Source of the DNA: Planctomycetota bacterium
GTDB taxonomy: Bacteria > Planctomycetota > UBA1135 > UBA2386
Assembly: GCA_965223545.1 (NCBI GenBank)
Contig: OZ245006.1
Span: 2,432,001 to 2,496,000 of the forward strand
Reading direction: 5' to 3'
Length of the DNA stretch: 64,000 nucleotides
The translations under genes and the position numbers were made by a program. Below the pieces are notes generated by a model. The model saw only the letters and a list, made by a program, of their open reading frames with translations, searched no databases and was not told where the DNA came from. This document shows, piece by piece, positions 9,618-20,978 of the stretch (positions are counted from its first letter, which is position 1; each line of letters opens with the position of its first letter).

Positions 9618-10477
9618 GCGAGCAAAGGTCAACCGCCGTCGCCCCGCCGACGAGCCGGCGGTTCACCTTCTTGGTCGTCGACGACTCGCGCACAGCGCGC
9701 TCGATCATCGAGAAGAGCCTGCGCCTCGGCAGTCTGCCGGTGCGGCAGATCTTCCACTGCAGCAACGGCGCCGAGGCTCTCGACGTGCTCGCTCACCGGT
9801 GGGTGGACGTCGTGCTCACCGACCTCAACATGCCGGGCATGAACGGCGCCGACCTCGTCGAAGCAGTCGCCAGTCGCACCGGAACGGCGCCGATCCCGTT
9901 CGTGCTGATCACATCGCACGCGGACGGCGCGCGCATCGACAAGCTGCGCGCGCTCGGCGTCGCCGCATGCCTGCGCAAGCCGTTCGCGCCCGAAGAGCTC
10001 GCCACGGTCGTGCGGCAAGTCGTGCGCTCGATGGCCGACCAACGCCGGCAGCGGTTCGAGCAGGTCCTGCGGCGCGTGTTGGCCGACTTTGCCTTCACCG
10101 TCACCGAGCTCCACGAAACGGTGGAGGATCTCGTCGATTGGCAGCCCGAGATGGGAGTGCAGATGGAGATCGCCGCCGACCACCCGCTGCTCCTCGAGAT
10201 CGGCGCCAGCAGAGTGTTGGCCACGATGCTGGCGGCAAACGTCCTCGGCGTGGATGCCGACAGCGAGCTGGCCAAAGAACAGGCCTTCGACGCACTGGCC
10301 GAGCTCGCCAACGTCACTTCCAGCCACGTCCGAGACGCGATGACGACCGACGCCGCACCCAGCGACGCGCTGCCGGAGCCGCTGGCGGCAGGCGGGCCGA
10401 GCGCCAACGCCGAAGACACCATCGTCGTGCAGCTCCTGGTCGGCGAAGAGACCCTCACTGCGAGGCTCACCTGGTGA
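9614..10477 (+). CDS. CheY-like receiver domain fused to a CheX/CheC-like domain
   Basis: REC motifs VVDDS, TDLNMPGMNG, ITS, KPF; C-terminal DALAELANV (ExxN phosphatase motif). Confidence 0.8.
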   Translation: MSEQRSTAVAPPTSRRFTFLVVDDSRTARSIIEKSLRLGSLPVRQIFHCSNGAEALDVLAHRWVDVVLTDLNMPGMNGADLVEAVASRTGTAPIPFVLITSHADGARIDKLRALGVAACLRKPFAPEELATVVRQVVRSMADQRRQRFEQVLRRVLADFAFTVTELHETVEDLVDWQPEMGVQMEIAADHPLLLEIGASRVLATMLAANVLGVDADSELAKEQAFDALAELANVTSSHVRDAMTTDAAPSDALPEPLAAGGPSANAEDTIVVQLLVGEETLTARLTW

Positions 10478-11502
10478 GGCGCAAGCGGGCCATCGTCGTC
10501 GACGACTCGCGCGTCGCACGCCGGATGCTGTCGGAGCTCCTCGACGCCGACCCCGGGATCGAGGTCGTCGGCACCTGCGGCACGACCCGGGAAGCCGAGG
10601 AGCTGATCCACCGGCTGTCGCCCGACGTGCTGACCCTCGACATCGGCCTCCCCGACGAGGACGGCATCTCGTTCTTGCGCCGTCTGATGTCCGACCGCCC
10701 GATGCCGGTGGTGATCGTATCGGCACTGACCGGCACTGGCGGGCAGCTCGCCTGGCAAGCGATGCAGTGCGGCGCCGTGGAAGTCGTGCGCAAGCCCAAT
10801 CGCGAGGCCCCGTGGGAAGTCGTCGGTGCCCAACTGGTCGGCATCGTGCGCGCCGCGGCCGACATCCCCAGGACCATGCTGCGGCGGCTCGAAGGCCGCC
10901 GCCAACCGCTGCCGGAGACCGACAACGCCGACCGCCGCTTGATCGCGATCGGCGCGTCGACGGGCGGCCCCGACGCCCTGCGCGTGCTGTTGTCGCCGCT
11001 GCCGCGCACCGTTCCCGGCATCGTCGTGGTCCAGCACATGCCGGCCGAGTTCACCGCCACGCTCGCGCACGGCCTGAACCAGAGCTGCGCCCTCGAAGTC
11101 ACCGAAGCGGGCCACGGCGACCGCGTGCGACCGGGACGCGTACTGATCGCGCCGGGTGGTAGGCACATGACCGTGCGGCGCGACGGCAGCGGCTTCTGCA
11201 CCCTCTTGCACAACGATCCCCCGGTCAACGGGCACCGCCCGGCGGTCGACGTGCTGCTGCGCTCGGTAGCGGAGCAGGCCAGGTCCGACGCGGTGGGCGT
11301 GATCTTGACCGGCATGGGGTCGGACGGGGCAGAGGGGCTGAGCGCGATGTGCGCCGCGGGGGCGCGAACCATCGCTCAGAGCAAGGACAGCTGCGTCGTC
11401 TTCGGCATGCCGCGCGCCGCGCTCGAGCGCGGTGCCGCTTCGCGTGCCACTCCGCTGCACTCGATCGCCGCCGAGATGCTCGGCGCCCGGCATCCGGTAT
11501 GA
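10474..11502 (+). CDS. cheB: Chemotaxis methylesterase CheB (REC + methylesterase)
   Basis: VVDDS..LDI receiver; GASTGG, QHMP, HRPAVDVL, LTGMGSDG. GTG start at 10474. Confidence 0.95.
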   Translation: MRRKRAIVVDDSRVARRMLSELLDADPGIEVVGTCGTTREAEELIHRLSPDVLTLDIGLPDEDGISFLRRLMSDRPMPVVIVSALTGTGGQLAWQAMQCGAVEVVRKPNREAPWEVVGAQLVGIVRAAADIPRTMLRRLEGRRQPLPETDNADRRLIAIGASTGGPDALRVLLSPLPRTVPGIVVVQHMPAEFTATLAHGLNQSCALEVTEAGHGDRVRPGRVLIAPGGRHMTVRRDGSGFCTLLHNDPPVNGHRPAVDVLLRSVAEQARSDAVGVILTGMGSDGAEGLSAMCAAGARTIAQSKDSCVVFGMPRAALERGAASRATPLHSIAAEMLGARHPV

Positions 11503-11616
11503 GGGTAGGGGTCGACAACGCAGGGTCGACAAGGCGCGGCGATCGCCGCCCGCACGGAAGGTCAAGCTCGCGGCCGCCAGTCTCCGAAAGGGCCGATACG
11601 CCAGTGTCGACGGGGG

Positions 11617-13623
11617 ATGTCCGTGGTTGACCACAGCTCACAACAGCGACTGGATGCTCTGTCGGGCGGCCTCGCGGCGCTGCTCGAGGGCGCCGACAAC
11701 CGGCACGACGTGCTCGAGTTGTTCTTGGAGCTCGCCCAGGCGCTACCGGTGCCCGAAGCGGCCGCTGCCGCGTGCCGGGGCGCCGCGGCGGTCGGCAAGC
11801 TGGCCGACCACCGCAGCGGAGAGGCCGAGGAGATCCTCGAAGCGGTGCGCGTCGCGCACGAGCAGCTCTTTGCCGCCCTCGGCCTGCCGTTGGAAGCCGC
11901 CGCCGCACCCGACGTCGTCGACGAGCTGTCCGAGCGCGTCCCCCAACCGGAACAGCCGGTCGCCGCCGAGGAGCCGCAGCGAGAGCAGGCGGTCGACGGC
12001 GAAGAACCCGCGGACGACGAACCCGAGTACGGCATCGAGCAGGACGGCGAGCTGCTGGAGGAGTTTGGCCGCGAGGCCGCAGAGCACCTCGACGAAATCG
12101 ACACCCAGCTGCTGACGCTCGAGCACAACCCGCGAGACTCCGAGGCGTTGGATGCGGTGTTCCGCGCGTTCCACACCATCAAGGGGGTCGCCGGTTTCCT
12201 CGGGCTCGCGGACATCGAGACCATCGCACACACCTCCGAGTCGCTGCTCGATCAAGCCCGGCAAGGGGAGGTGAAGCTCAGTGGCGAGCCGCTGGAGTCC
12301 GTGTTCCGCGCTTGTGACCAGCTGCGGGAGTTGATCACCGGGGCGGGCGCGGAGGCCGCGCAGCCGCCGATCGCGAACAACGACGACAACAGCGACGGCG
12401 AGCAGGAGTCGAACGACGCCGCGACCCGAGCCCAACAAGACGGCGGCACCACCATCCGCGTGCCCGCCGCACGGCTGGACACGCTGGTCGACGCCGTCGG
12501 CGAGCTGTTGATCGCCGAAGCGCTGGTCTCCCGCGAGCTGACCCAGCTCGATCTCGGCAGCCGCGGCGACACCTTGAAGGAGACCATCAGCAACCTCGCC
12601 AAGATCACCTCGGAGCTGCACCAAGTCGCCATGGCCCTGCGCATGGTCTCCCTGCGGGCGCTGTTCCGGCGGCTGGCCCGACTGGGGCGCGACGTCGCGC
12701 GGCGATTGAACAAGAACATCGACCTCGTGTTCGAAGGGCACGAGAACGAGCTGGACCGCACGATCGTCGCCACGATCACCGACCCGTTGCTCCACTTACT
12801 GCGCAACGCCATCGACCACGGCATCGAGCAGGACGAGCTGCAGCGCGCGAGCGCCGGCAAGTCGGCCCGCGGCCGAGTCCGCGTCAGCGCGACCCACCGC
12901 GGCGGCTTCATCTACATCGAGATCTCCGACGACGGACGTGGCCTCGACCCGCGCGCCATCCTCGCCAAGGCCGGCGAACGGCTCGATGTCGATGTGTCGG
13001 CCAAGCTCAGCGAGGACGCTATCTGCAACCTGATCTTCGAGCCGGGGTTTTCGACCGCCGAGTCGGTCACCGAGATCTCGGGCCGCGGCGTCGGCTTGGA
13101 TGTCGTCAAGCGTGACGTCGAAGGCGTCCGCGGAGCAGTCGAGGTCACCTCCAGGCTCGGCGAGGGCACCACGTTTCGCCTGCGCCTGCCCCTCACCCTG
13201 GCCATGATCGACGGCATGGTGGTGCGCACCGCGGGGCAGCGGTTCGTGGTTCCCACACTCGGCATTCGCCGCCTGCTCGACATCAACCCGGAGCACACCG
13301 CCCACATCCTCGGTCGCAGCCGGATGCTGCGCGACCACGACGGCCTGATTCCGCTTTACCGTCTCAGCGAAGTGTTGAGCATGCCGGCCGACCCGACGCC
13401 CCGCTCGAGCGAAGCGGTCTTGGTCGTCGAGTGCGACGGCAAGCCGCACGCATTCGTCGTCGACGAGGTCATCGGCCAACAGCAAGTGGTGGTGAAGCCG
13501 CTGGGCGACATCGTCGCCGGCTCACCGGGCCTCTCCGGCGGCGCGGTGATGCCGGACGGCCAGGTCGGGCTGATCCTCGACGTCCCCGGCTTGGTGCAGG
13601 CGACGCGACAGCAGGCAGTCTGA
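11617..13623 (+). CDS. cheA: Chemotaxis histidine kinase CheA (no evident P2 domain)
   Basis: Hpt FRAFHTIKG, dimerisation VGELLI, HLLRNAIDHGIE, DDGRGLD, GFST, SGRGVGLDVV, C-terminal CheW-like domain. Confidence 0.96.
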   Translation: MSVVDHSSQQRLDALSGGLAALLEGADNRHDVLELFLELAQALPVPEAAAAACRGAAAVGKLADHRSGEAEEILEAVRVAHEQLFAALGLPLEAAAAPDVVDELSERVPQPEQPVAAEEPQREQAVDGEEPADDEPEYGIEQDGELLEEFGREAAEHLDEIDTQLLTLEHNPRDSEALDAVFRAFHTIKGVAGFLGLADIETIAHTSESLLDQARQGEVKLSGEPLESVFRACDQLRELITGAGAEAAQPPIANNDDNSDGEQESNDAATRAQQDGGTTIRVPAARLDTLVDAVGELLIAEALVSRELTQLDLGSRGDTLKETISNLAKITSELHQVAMALRMVSLRALFRRLARLGRDVARRLNKNIDLVFEGHENELDRTIVATITDPLLHLLRNAIDHGIEQDELQRASAGKSARGRVRVSATHRGGFIYIEISDDGRGLDPRAILAKAGERLDVDVSAKLSEDAICNLIFEPGFSTAESVTEISGRGVGLDVVKRDVEGVRGAVEVTSRLGEGTTFRLRLPLTLAMIDGMVVRTAGQRFVVPTLGIRRLLDINPEHTAHILGRSRMLRDHDGLIPLYRLSEVLSMPADPTPRSSEAVLVVECDGKPHAFVVDEVIGQQQVVVKPLGDIVAGSPGLSGGAVMPDGQVGLILDVPGLVQATRQQAV

Positions 13624-13774
13624 CGACCGGACCATCCGCGCCGACGGCGCGCGCACGGACCAGCAAAAAGACCGGCGCCGCCTCCTCCGCTCTCAGCGTG
13701 CCTTCGCTCGGGCTCCCGGGTAGGCTTTGCCCCCCGCAAACGGGCGCCGGGTTGTCCCGGCCCGGCGACAGACC

Positions 13775-15955
13775 ATGCGCAGTCAACTCAGCCAATACTG
13801 CGAGCAGTTCGACAAGACCGTCCGCCCCTTGCTCGAGCAGCTCGATGCGGCGCTCGCCAAGCTGCGCAGCACGCCCGCAGAGCGTCTGAGTTCCGCCGTT
13901 CGCGACGCCTTCGAGGAGACGAGAACGCTGCTCGCCGGGCTGATCGACAAGGTCGGCGACCAGCAGGCGTACGTCTTGATTTTCGGCCCACTGAAAAGCG
14001 GCAAGTCGACGCTGATGAACGCGCTCTCGGGCGCCTACGTCAGCGAAGTGTCCAGCCTGCCGGCCTATCCGTGCCTCGTCTTCGTGCGCGATGGCGCCGA
14101 ACGCGCTTACGGGTTGACGAATTACGAGGGCGCCGGCGAACGCATCACCTCGGCGGACACGCTGCGCACCAAGATCGAAGAAGCGCACGGCGATCTCGTC
14201 GATCACATCCGGCGCGCAGAACGGACCGGGGAGAGCTTCGACCCGGTCGAGCACTTCCCGGCCGCGATCCACCGGATCGACGTCGCGCTCCCCGCACCGG
14301 CGCTGCGCCGATCGGGCGCGGTCCTGGTCGACACGCCGGGGTTGTACACGCGGATGCGGTTCGGCTATGACCGCATGACGCGCGAGTTCCGCAACGCGGC
14401 GGCGTGCGCGGTGTTCGTCGTCAAGACGGACAACCTGTTCTTGGAGCAGGTCTTCACCGAGTTCCACCAGCTGCTGGAGCTGTTCAGCCGGATCTTCCTG
14501 GTGGTGAACGTCGACACGACCAAGCGCGACGTCGGCCCCGCGGGCGAGCTCGTGCCGAGCGTCGAGCAACATTCGCCGCAGCGGATCATCGAGGCGTTCG
14601 AGAACTTCGCGATGAGCGCGCCTCTCAAGCAGGCGGCGGCCGACGGGCGTTTGCGCCTGTATCCGGTCGACCTGCTGCACGCCGCCAGCGCGGTCCTCAA
14701 GGAGCCAGACTCGAAGCGCGACGCGGCAGCGGACAAGAACGACAAGCGAACGGCGAAGGAGAAGCCCGGGCGCGACCGGGTGCCGAACAGCTTCGAGGTG
14801 TTTCGCAAAGACCTCGAGACCTATCTGGCCAGCGCCGACTACTTGGTCGCTTTCCTCACCGACAGCCTCCAGCGCGCGCACGGTCTGGCCGGCGACATCC
14901 ACGCCCTGGCGACGCACGAGTCCATCGAGGGAATGCGCGCCGAAGCCGTCGAGCTGGAGGGCCGCTGCGCCGCCGGCGAAGAGGACCTCGAGACCATCGC
15001 GGCCTGCCTGTCGCGCGACTGGGACCCCGCCTTCGAAGCCGCGCACAAGGAGCTCGAGGCAGAGGTCGTGCGACGCGCGCGCGACGATGGAGGACGCGTC
15101 GCCCGCACGATGGGTGCGGCGATCGACACGTGGTCGCTGTCCAGCCACAGCCTGCACCACTTGATCGCCGGCGAATGGAGTCCACTGCTGCGCGACTTTC
15201 AGGCCGGCATCGATACCGAGGCACGCCGCTGCGCCGAGCAGAGTGTCGCCGCCAGCGACGCCGGCATGCAGCTCGAGCCGGAAGTGCGCGAGTTCTTGGC
15301 GGCGCTGGAGATCGACGTGCGGGCGCTACGCAGGGCCGCTCTCGAGCGGACGCCGCCGGCCAAGCCGAGCCCGGAGTCGCTGGTTCCCGTCGACTGCGAG
15401 CAGATCCCGATCCGTCGCGGCGTCCTCGACCTGATGACGCTGCGCTCGGAACGCAGCGTGCGCGTCAAGCTGTTCGGTCCGCGCGAGCGCCCCGACAAGA
15501 AGATCCCCGCGCGCATCAAGAAGACCCGCTTGGGCGAACCAGCGCACAACTACCTGCGCGAGACCCTCATGCGCTTTCGCAAAGAGGTGTTCCCGCGCTA
15601 CTTGCGCGAGGCCTTGACGCGCTACACCGACGATCTACGGGCGGCGACCGTCGAGGCGCTGCGAGACGCGCTGCGTGCCCGCGAGCCGCGCATCCGCACT
15701 CGGATCGAACGGTTCGGTGCCGAACGACGACAGCTACAGCAGTTGCTGGCACCGCTGGAGCAGCTCGCCCAGCGAGCCGACGACACCCGCAGCAAAGTGT
15801 ACGCGCTGTCCAAGCAGTACGAGAAGACGGTGCCCGATCTGCTGCAGCGCGACAGCGATGAGCGCAGCGGGCACTCGGTACTACCGGCAGCCGCGCCGCG
15901 GCCGCCGCGCCGCGAAGCCGGCGGTCGCCGACGGCGGCGTCACTCGGAGCGCTGA
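13775..15955 (+). CDS. Bacterial dynamin-like GTPase (paralog 1)
   Basis: G1 GPLKSGKST, G3 LVDTPG, G4-like TKRD, long helical C-terminal region. Confidence 0.8.
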   Translation: MRSQLSQYCEQFDKTVRPLLEQLDAALAKLRSTPAERLSSAVRDAFEETRTLLAGLIDKVGDQQAYVLIFGPLKSGKSTLMNALSGAYVSEVSSLPAYPCLVFVRDGAERAYGLTNYEGAGERITSADTLRTKIEEAHGDLVDHIRRAERTGESFDPVEHFPAAIHRIDVALPAPALRRSGAVLVDTPGLYTRMRFGYDRMTREFRNAAACAVFVVKTDNLFLEQVFTEFHQLLELFSRIFLVVNVDTTKRDVGPAGELVPSVEQHSPQRIIEAFENFAMSAPLKQAAADGRLRLYPVDLLHAASAVLKEPDSKRDAAADKNDKRTAKEKPGRDRVPNSFEVFRKDLETYLASADYLVAFLTDSLQRAHGLAGDIHALATHESIEGMRAEAVELEGRCAAGEEDLETIAACLSRDWDPAFEAAHKELEAEVVRRARDDGGRVARTMGAAIDTWSLSSHSLHHLIAGEWSPLLRDFQAGIDTEARRCAEQSVAASDAGMQLEPEVREFLAALEIDVRALRRAALERTPPAKPSPESLVPVDCEQIPIRRGVLDLMTLRSERSVRVKLFGPRERPDKKIPARIKKTRLGEPAHNYLRETLMRFRKEVFPRYLREALTRYTDDLRAATVEALRDALRAREPRIRTRIERFGAERRQLQQLLAPLEQLAQRADDTRSKVYALSKQYEKTVPDLLQRDSDERSGHSVLPAAAPRPPRREAGGRRRRRHSER

Positions 15956-15961
15956 ACCGAC

Positions 15962-16984
15962 TCACCGGCGGCGGCCACGCCGCACCGCGCGGCGCGGCGC
16001 CGGCGCATCGGCCGAGCCGGCAAACGGCTGCAAGTCCGTCCACAGCTGGCGCGCCGACTGATACCGCTGCTCCACGTCGGGCCGAATCGCGCGCACGACC
16101 ACGTCGTCGAGGCCGTAGCGCAGCTGCTCGACCAGCTCTCCCGCGGAGCACGAGCGGGCCACCGCTGCGGCCCCGAGCGCGTCGGCCCCCGCCGCGGCCA
16201 GCACTGCGCTCGGCAACGGCGCCGAGACCTTGCGCAGCAGCCGGCGGAGTTGAGCCGCCGAGGCGGTGCGCAGGTCGAGGTGATGCGTCGGCCGCAGCCC
16301 GGTCAACAGCTCGAACAGCAAGACGCCGAGCGCGTAGACGTCGGTGCGCCGATCGACGCCGGCTTCGCCACGGGCCGCCTGTTCCGGGCTCATGTACTCG
16401 GGCGTACCGAGCACCTGCCCGCGCTCCAACCAGACGTCGCCCTGCCGGCGCCGCGCATCGAGCGCCATCGCCACACCGAAATCGATCACCTTGGGCGCAA
16501 AGCCGGCTTCGGTGTCGACGACCAGGATGTTGGATGGTTTCAAGTCGCGGTGCACCACTCCGCGCTGGTGTGCGTGCTGCATGGCTTCGCAGACCGACAA
16601 GAACAAGTGCACGCGGGCGGCCAGCCCGAGCTGCTCGGCATCGCAGAACGAGGTGATCGGCTCACCGTCGATCAGCTCCATCGCGATGTACGGCCGGCCG
16701 TCGGGAGTGATTCCGGCTTCGTGAATCCGCGCGATTGCCGGATGCGCCATGCGTGCCAGGGCGCGGCGTTCGCCGGCGAATCGCCAGGTGAACTCGGCGC
16801 CGGTCAGCCCCATCTTGACCACTTTCAGGGCGACCCACCGCCGCAACGGCACACGCTGCAGCGCCAACCACACACTGCCCATACCGCCGACGCCGAGACA
16901 CTCGTGCACCTCGTAGGTGCCGAACGACCGGAGCGGGGGCTCGACCTCCCTTTCCTCGCCACCCACCGCTCCGCTCGTCGTCAT
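15962..16984 (-). CDS. Ser/Thr protein kinase (kinase domain only)
   Basis: [40 protein letters not shown]. Confidence 0.92.
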   Translation of the reverse strand: MTTSGAVGGEEREVEPPLRSFGTYEVHECLGVGGMGSVWLALQRVPLRRWVALKVVKMGLTGAEFTWRFAGERRALARMAHPAIARIHEAGITPDGRPYIAMELIDGEPITSFCDAEQLGLAARVHLFLSVCEAMQHAHQRGVVHRDLKPSNILVVDTEAGFAPKVIDFGVAMALDARRRQGDVWLERGQVLGTPEYMSPEQAARGEAGVDRRTDVYALGVLLFELLTGLRPTHHLDLRTASAAQLRRLLRKVSAPLPSAVLAAAGADALGAAAVARSCSAGELVEQLRYGLDDVVVRAIRPDVEQRYQSARQLWTDLQPFAGSADAPAPRRAVRRGRRR

Positions 16985-17230
16985 CGGTCTGTGGCCCGGA
17001 TTATGCACGAGGGCTCTCGTCCAGCACGCGCCATGCGTCGCCACCCGAGGCCGATTCTCGGGCACTGTCTCTCCGAGCCTCCGCCTCGAAGATGTTGTCG
17101 CAGCTCGACGATTCGTGACGCCGGACGCCAGTGTTGCTTTCGAGCGTCCGGGAGTTGCGGTATCGAAGTCCTGACGACGACCGGCCTTCGGAAAGGTTGT
17201 CGCCGCGCGAAGATTCTCGGCCCCGGACGC

Positions 17231-17614
17231 TCAGCGACGGGCGGGCGACAGGGGGTGCGGTTCGCTCGCGGGCTGACCGGGCTCCCGGCGCACAACGTAG
17301 TCGTGCGAACCGCCCCACACGAGCATCGACCCGGGCACCATGGCGATGACCTGCTGGCTGCCGTCGTCGAACTGCATGGTCACGGCGCAGCCGGTGGCGG
17401 CGACCACGACCGCCACTCCGTCCGCCAGGTGGCGGAAGTCCTCGCTGACCAAGCCCTCGACCCGTTGGATCCGGCCCTTCAAGACCGAGCGGCCCGGCTG
17501 GTCGTCGACGTAGCTGGCGCTGGTCGTCGAACAGGCGGCCAAGACGGCCAACAGCGCCCCCGACGCACCGCGCCGGAGACAGAGACGGGTCGACGTTCCT
17601 GCGGCTCGGGACAT
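17231..17614 (-). CDS. Hypothetical lipoprotein
   Basis: Lipobox-like LLAVLAAC followed by a short beta-rich region. Confidence 0.55.
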   Translation of the reverse strand: MSRAAGTSTRLCLRRGASGALLAVLAACSTTSASYVDDQPGRSVLKGRIQRVEGLVSEDFRHLADGVAVVVAATGCAVTMQFDDGSQQVIAMVPGSMLVWGGSHDYVVRREPGQPASEPHPLSPARR

Positions 17615-17761
17615 TGCCCCAACGCTACTCCCCAAAGCAAACGGCACAAACGGGGACACCCCGAACCTGGCCTCCGGCAAACCCCGACACAGTTCGGGCC
17701 GCGCCGTTGCGCCGCAAACCCGACCAGTCGATCATGTCGCGCCCTCCCCTTCGAGTCGCCG

Positions 17762-19432
17762 ATGTCGAATCCCGCCCAACCCCGGGTGATCCGCGCTCCC
17801 CGCGGCGCCAGTCTGTCCGCCAAGTCTTGGCTCACCGAAGCCCCCCTGCGCATGCTGCAGAACAACCTCGATCCCGATGTGGCCGAGGCGCCGGACGAGC
17901 TCGTCGTCTACGGTGGGATCGGTCGCGCCGCGCGCAGCTGGGAGTGCTTCGAGCGCATTCTCGACGCGCTACGCCGGCTCGAGGCCGACCAGACCCTGCT
18001 GGTCCAGTCCGGCAAACCCGTCGGCGTGTTCCAAACCCACCCCGACGCGCCCCGCGTGCTGATCGCCAACTCCAACCTGGTGCCGCACTGGGCCACCTGG
18101 GAGCACTTCGGCGAGCTCGACCGCAAAGGCTTGATGATGTTCGGCCAGATGACGGCCGGGTCGTGGATCTACATCGGCAGCCAAGGCATCGTCCAGGGCA
18201 CTTACGAGACCTTCGTCGAGATGGGCCGCCAGCACTTCGGCGGCGACCTCGCCGGCAAGTGGATCCTCACCGGCGGCCTCGGCGGAATGGGAGGTGCCCA
18301 GCCCCTGGCAGCGACCATGGCGGGCGCGTCGATGCTGGCGGTCGAGTGCCGCCCCGAACGCATCGCCATGCGTCTGCGCACGGGCTACCTCGACCGCGAG
18401 AGCCACGATCTCGACGAGGCGCTGCGACTGGTGACCGAAGCTTGCGAGCAGGGCGAGGCACTGTCGGTCGGCCTGTTGGGCAACGCCGCCGACGTGTTCG
18501 CCGAGCTCGTGCGGCGCGGCGTGCGCCCCGATGCGGTCACCGACCAAACCAGCGCGCACGACCCGGTCAACGGCTACCTACCCCAGGGGTGGACCGTGGA
18601 GCAGTGGGATCGAGAACGCGCCCAGAACCCCGACACGGTGGCGGCCGCGGCCAAGACATCGATGGCCGCGCACGTGCGCGCGATGCTCGCGTTCCACGGG
18701 CAGGGCGTGCCGACCTTCGACTACGGCAACAACATCCGCCAAGTCGCGCTGGAAGCCGGTGTGGAGAACGCCTTCGACTTCCCCGGCTTCGTGCCGGCCT
18801 ACATCCGACCGCTGTTCTGCCGCGGTATCGGTCCGTTTCGATGGGCAGCACTGTCCGGCAACCCCGAGGACATCTACCGCACCGACCAGAAGGTCAAGGA
18901 GCTGATCCCCGACGATCCGCACCTGCACCGCTGGCTCGACATGGCGCGCGAGCGCATTCACTTCCAGGGGTTGCCGTCACGCATCTGCTGGGTCGGACTC
19001 GGCCAGCGCCACCGCCTCGGCCTCGCGTTCAACGAGATGGTCGCCCGCGGCGAGCTCGAGGCACCGGTGGTGATCGGCCGCGACCACCTGGATTCGGGGT
19101 CGGTCGCGAGCCCCAACCGCGAGACCGAGGCGATGGCGGACGGCTCCGACGCGGTCAGCGACTGGCCGATCCTCAACGCGCTGCTGAACACGGCGAGTGG
19201 CGCGACTTGGGTGTCGTTCCACCACGGCGGCGGGGTCGGCATGGGCTTCTCCCAGCACGCCGGCCTGGTGATCGTCTGCGACGGCACCGAGGAGGCGGCA
19301 AAGCGCGTCGGCCGCGTGCTGTGGAACGACCCGGCCACCGGCGTGATGCGGCACGCGGACGCCGGCTACGAGATCGCCCGCGACTGCGCCCGCGAGCACG
19401 GCCTCGATCTGCCGATGCTGGGGGACGCGTGA
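17762..19432 (+). CDS. hutU: Urocanate hydratase
   Basis: [71 protein letters not shown]. True start at 17762, not 16250. Confidence 0.98.
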   Translation: MSNPAQPRVIRAPRGASLSAKSWLTEAPLRMLQNNLDPDVAEAPDELVVYGGIGRAARSWECFERILDALRRLEADQTLLVQSGKPVGVFQTHPDAPRVLIANSNLVPHWATWEHFGELDRKGLMMFGQMTAGSWIYIGSQGIVQGTYETFVEMGRQHFGGDLAGKWILTGGLGGMGGAQPLAATMAGASMLAVECRPERIAMRLRTGYLDRESHDLDEALRLVTEACEQGEALSVGLLGNAADVFAELVRRGVRPDAVTDQTSAHDPVNGYLPQGWTVEQWDRERAQNPDTVAAAAKTSMAAHVRAMLAFHGQGVPTFDYGNNIRQVALEAGVENAFDFPGFVPAYIRPLFCRGIGPFRWAALSGNPEDIYRTDQKVKELIPDDPHLHRWLDMARERIHFQGLPSRICWVGLGQRHRLGLAFNEMVARGELEAPVVIGRDHLDSGSVASPNRETEAMADGSDAVSDWPILNALLNTASGATWVSFHHGGGVGMGFSQHAGLVIVCDGTEEAAKRVGRVLWNDPATGVMRHADAGYEIARDCAREHGLDLPMLGDA

Positions 19433-20970
19433 CGACCGAGACGATCCGCCCCGGCGCGATGTCACTGTCCACGCTGCGCGCCATCGCGCGCGATCGCTTG
19501 CGCGTCTGCGTGCACGCCGATGCACGCCCCGGCGTGGAGGCCAGCGCCCGCACTGTCGAGGAGATCCTCGCCAAGGGCGCGACCGTCTACGGCATCAACA
19601 CCGGCTTCGGCAAGTTGGCGCACACCTCGATCCCCACCGACAAGCTGAACGAGCTGCAGCGCAATCTGGTCCTGTCCCACAGCACGGGCGTGGGTGAGCT
19701 GCTGGACGACGACGCGGTGCGCCTGGTCCTCGCACTCAAGGTGGCATCCCTGGCGCGCGGGCATTCCGGTGTGCGCTGGAGCGTGATCGAGGCGCTGCAG
19801 CGGTTGATCGAACGCGACGTGCTGCCGTGTGTGCCGGCCAAGGGATCGGTCGGCGCGTCCGGCGACCTGGCACCGTTGGCGCACGTCGCCGCCCTGCTCC
19901 TCGGCGTCGGCGCCGCCCGCATCGACGGCAGGCAGGTCGCCGCACCCGATGCGCTGCGGCACGCCGAGCTCGAGCCGCTGCAGCTCGGGCCCAAGGAGGG
20001 TCTCGCCCTACTCAACGGCACGCAGGTCTCGACCGCACTCGCGCTGCAAGGCCTGTTTGCCGCCGAGGACGCGTGCGCCGCCGCCCTCGTTGCCGGCGCG
20101 CTGTCGGTCGAAGCAGTGATGGGCTCACACCGCGCGTTCGACAGCCGCATCCAGGAGCTGCGCGGCCAACCCGGCCAAGTCGACGTCGCCGAGGCCCTGC
20201 GCCACCTGCTCGCCGGCAGCGCCATCGTCGAAGCGCACGCCGACTGCGACCGCGTGCAGGATCCGTACAGCTTGCGCTGCCAACCGCAGGTCATGGGCGC
20301 GTGCCTCGATCACCTGCGATTCGCAGCAGGTGTCCTGCAGCGCGAGGCCAACGCAGTCACCGACAATCCGCTGGTGTTCGCGCAGGCGAATGACGTGCTC
20401 TCCGGCGGCAACTTCCACGCGCAGCCGGTGGCGATGGCCGCCGACGGGCTGGCGCTGGTTCTGGCCGAGACCGGGGCCCTGTCGGAACGCCGCATCGCCC
20501 TCTTGATGGACCAGACGCTGACCGCCGGCCTGCCACCGTTCTTGGCCGCGGGAAGTGGAGTGCACTCGGGGCTGATGATCGCCCACGTCACCGCCGCCGC
20601 GCTGGCCTCGGAGAACAAGACCCTGGCGCATCCAGCCAGCGTCGACAGCCTGCCCACGTCGGCCAACCAGGAGGACCACGTGTCGATGGCGACCTTCGCG
20701 GCGCGCCGCTTGAGCGAGATGGCGGACAACACATCCGCGATTCTCGGCATCGAGTTGATCGCTGCCGCCGAGGGCATCGAGTTCCGCCGGCCGCTGACGA
20801 CTTCGACCGCACTGGAAACCGCGATGACCGCGCTGCGGACCCGCGTGCCGCGGATCGACGCCGATCGATTCTTGGCGCCCGACCTGGCCGCCGCCGGCGC
20901 TTGGGTGCGCAGCGGCGCGCTGCGCGGCATCGCCGGCTTGTCACTGCCGAGCGACTTCGACCAGGGCTGA
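19429..20970 (+). CDS. hutH: Histidine ammonia-lyase
   Basis: [11 protein letters not shown] motif [35 protein letters not shown] start overlaps the hutU stop. Confidence 0.97.
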   Translation: MTTETIRPGAMSLSTLRAIARDRLRVCVHADARPGVEASARTVEEILAKGATVYGINTGFGKLAHTSIPTDKLNELQRNLVLSHSTGVGELLDDDAVRLVLALKVASLARGHSGVRWSVIEALQRLIERDVLPCVPAKGSVGASGDLAPLAHVAALLLGVGAARIDGRQVAAPDALRHAELEPLQLGPKEGLALLNGTQVSTALALQGLFAAEDACAAALVAGALSVEAVMGSHRAFDSRIQELRGQPGQVDVAEALRHLLAGSAIVEAHADCDRVQDPYSLRCQPQVMGACLDHLRFAAGVLQREANAVTDNPLVFAQANDVLSGGNFHAQPVAMAADGLALVLAETGALSERRIALLMDQTLTAGLPPFLAAGSGVHSGLMIAHVTAAALASENKTLAHPASVDSLPTSANQEDHVSMATFAARRLSEMADNTSAILGIELIAAAEGIEFRRPLTTSTALETAMTALRTRVPRIDADRFLAPDLAAAGAWVRSGALRGIAGLSLPSDFDQG

Positions 20971-20978
20971 AGCTGCCA

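Noticed and set aside
9427..11502. 691-aa extended CheB
   Set aside because: The N-terminal half is an off-frame overlap with cheW and the REC gene; CheB begins at GTG 10474
11509..11532. Direct repeat GGGTCGACAA x2 upstream of cheA
   Set aside because: Only two copies of a GTCGAC-containing word that is very common in this sequence; no independent support
16250..20970. 1060-aa HutU and 1118-aa HutH fusion proteins in the ORF track
   Set aside because: The upstream extensions are stop-free shadow frames over other genes; homology starts at 17762 and 19429
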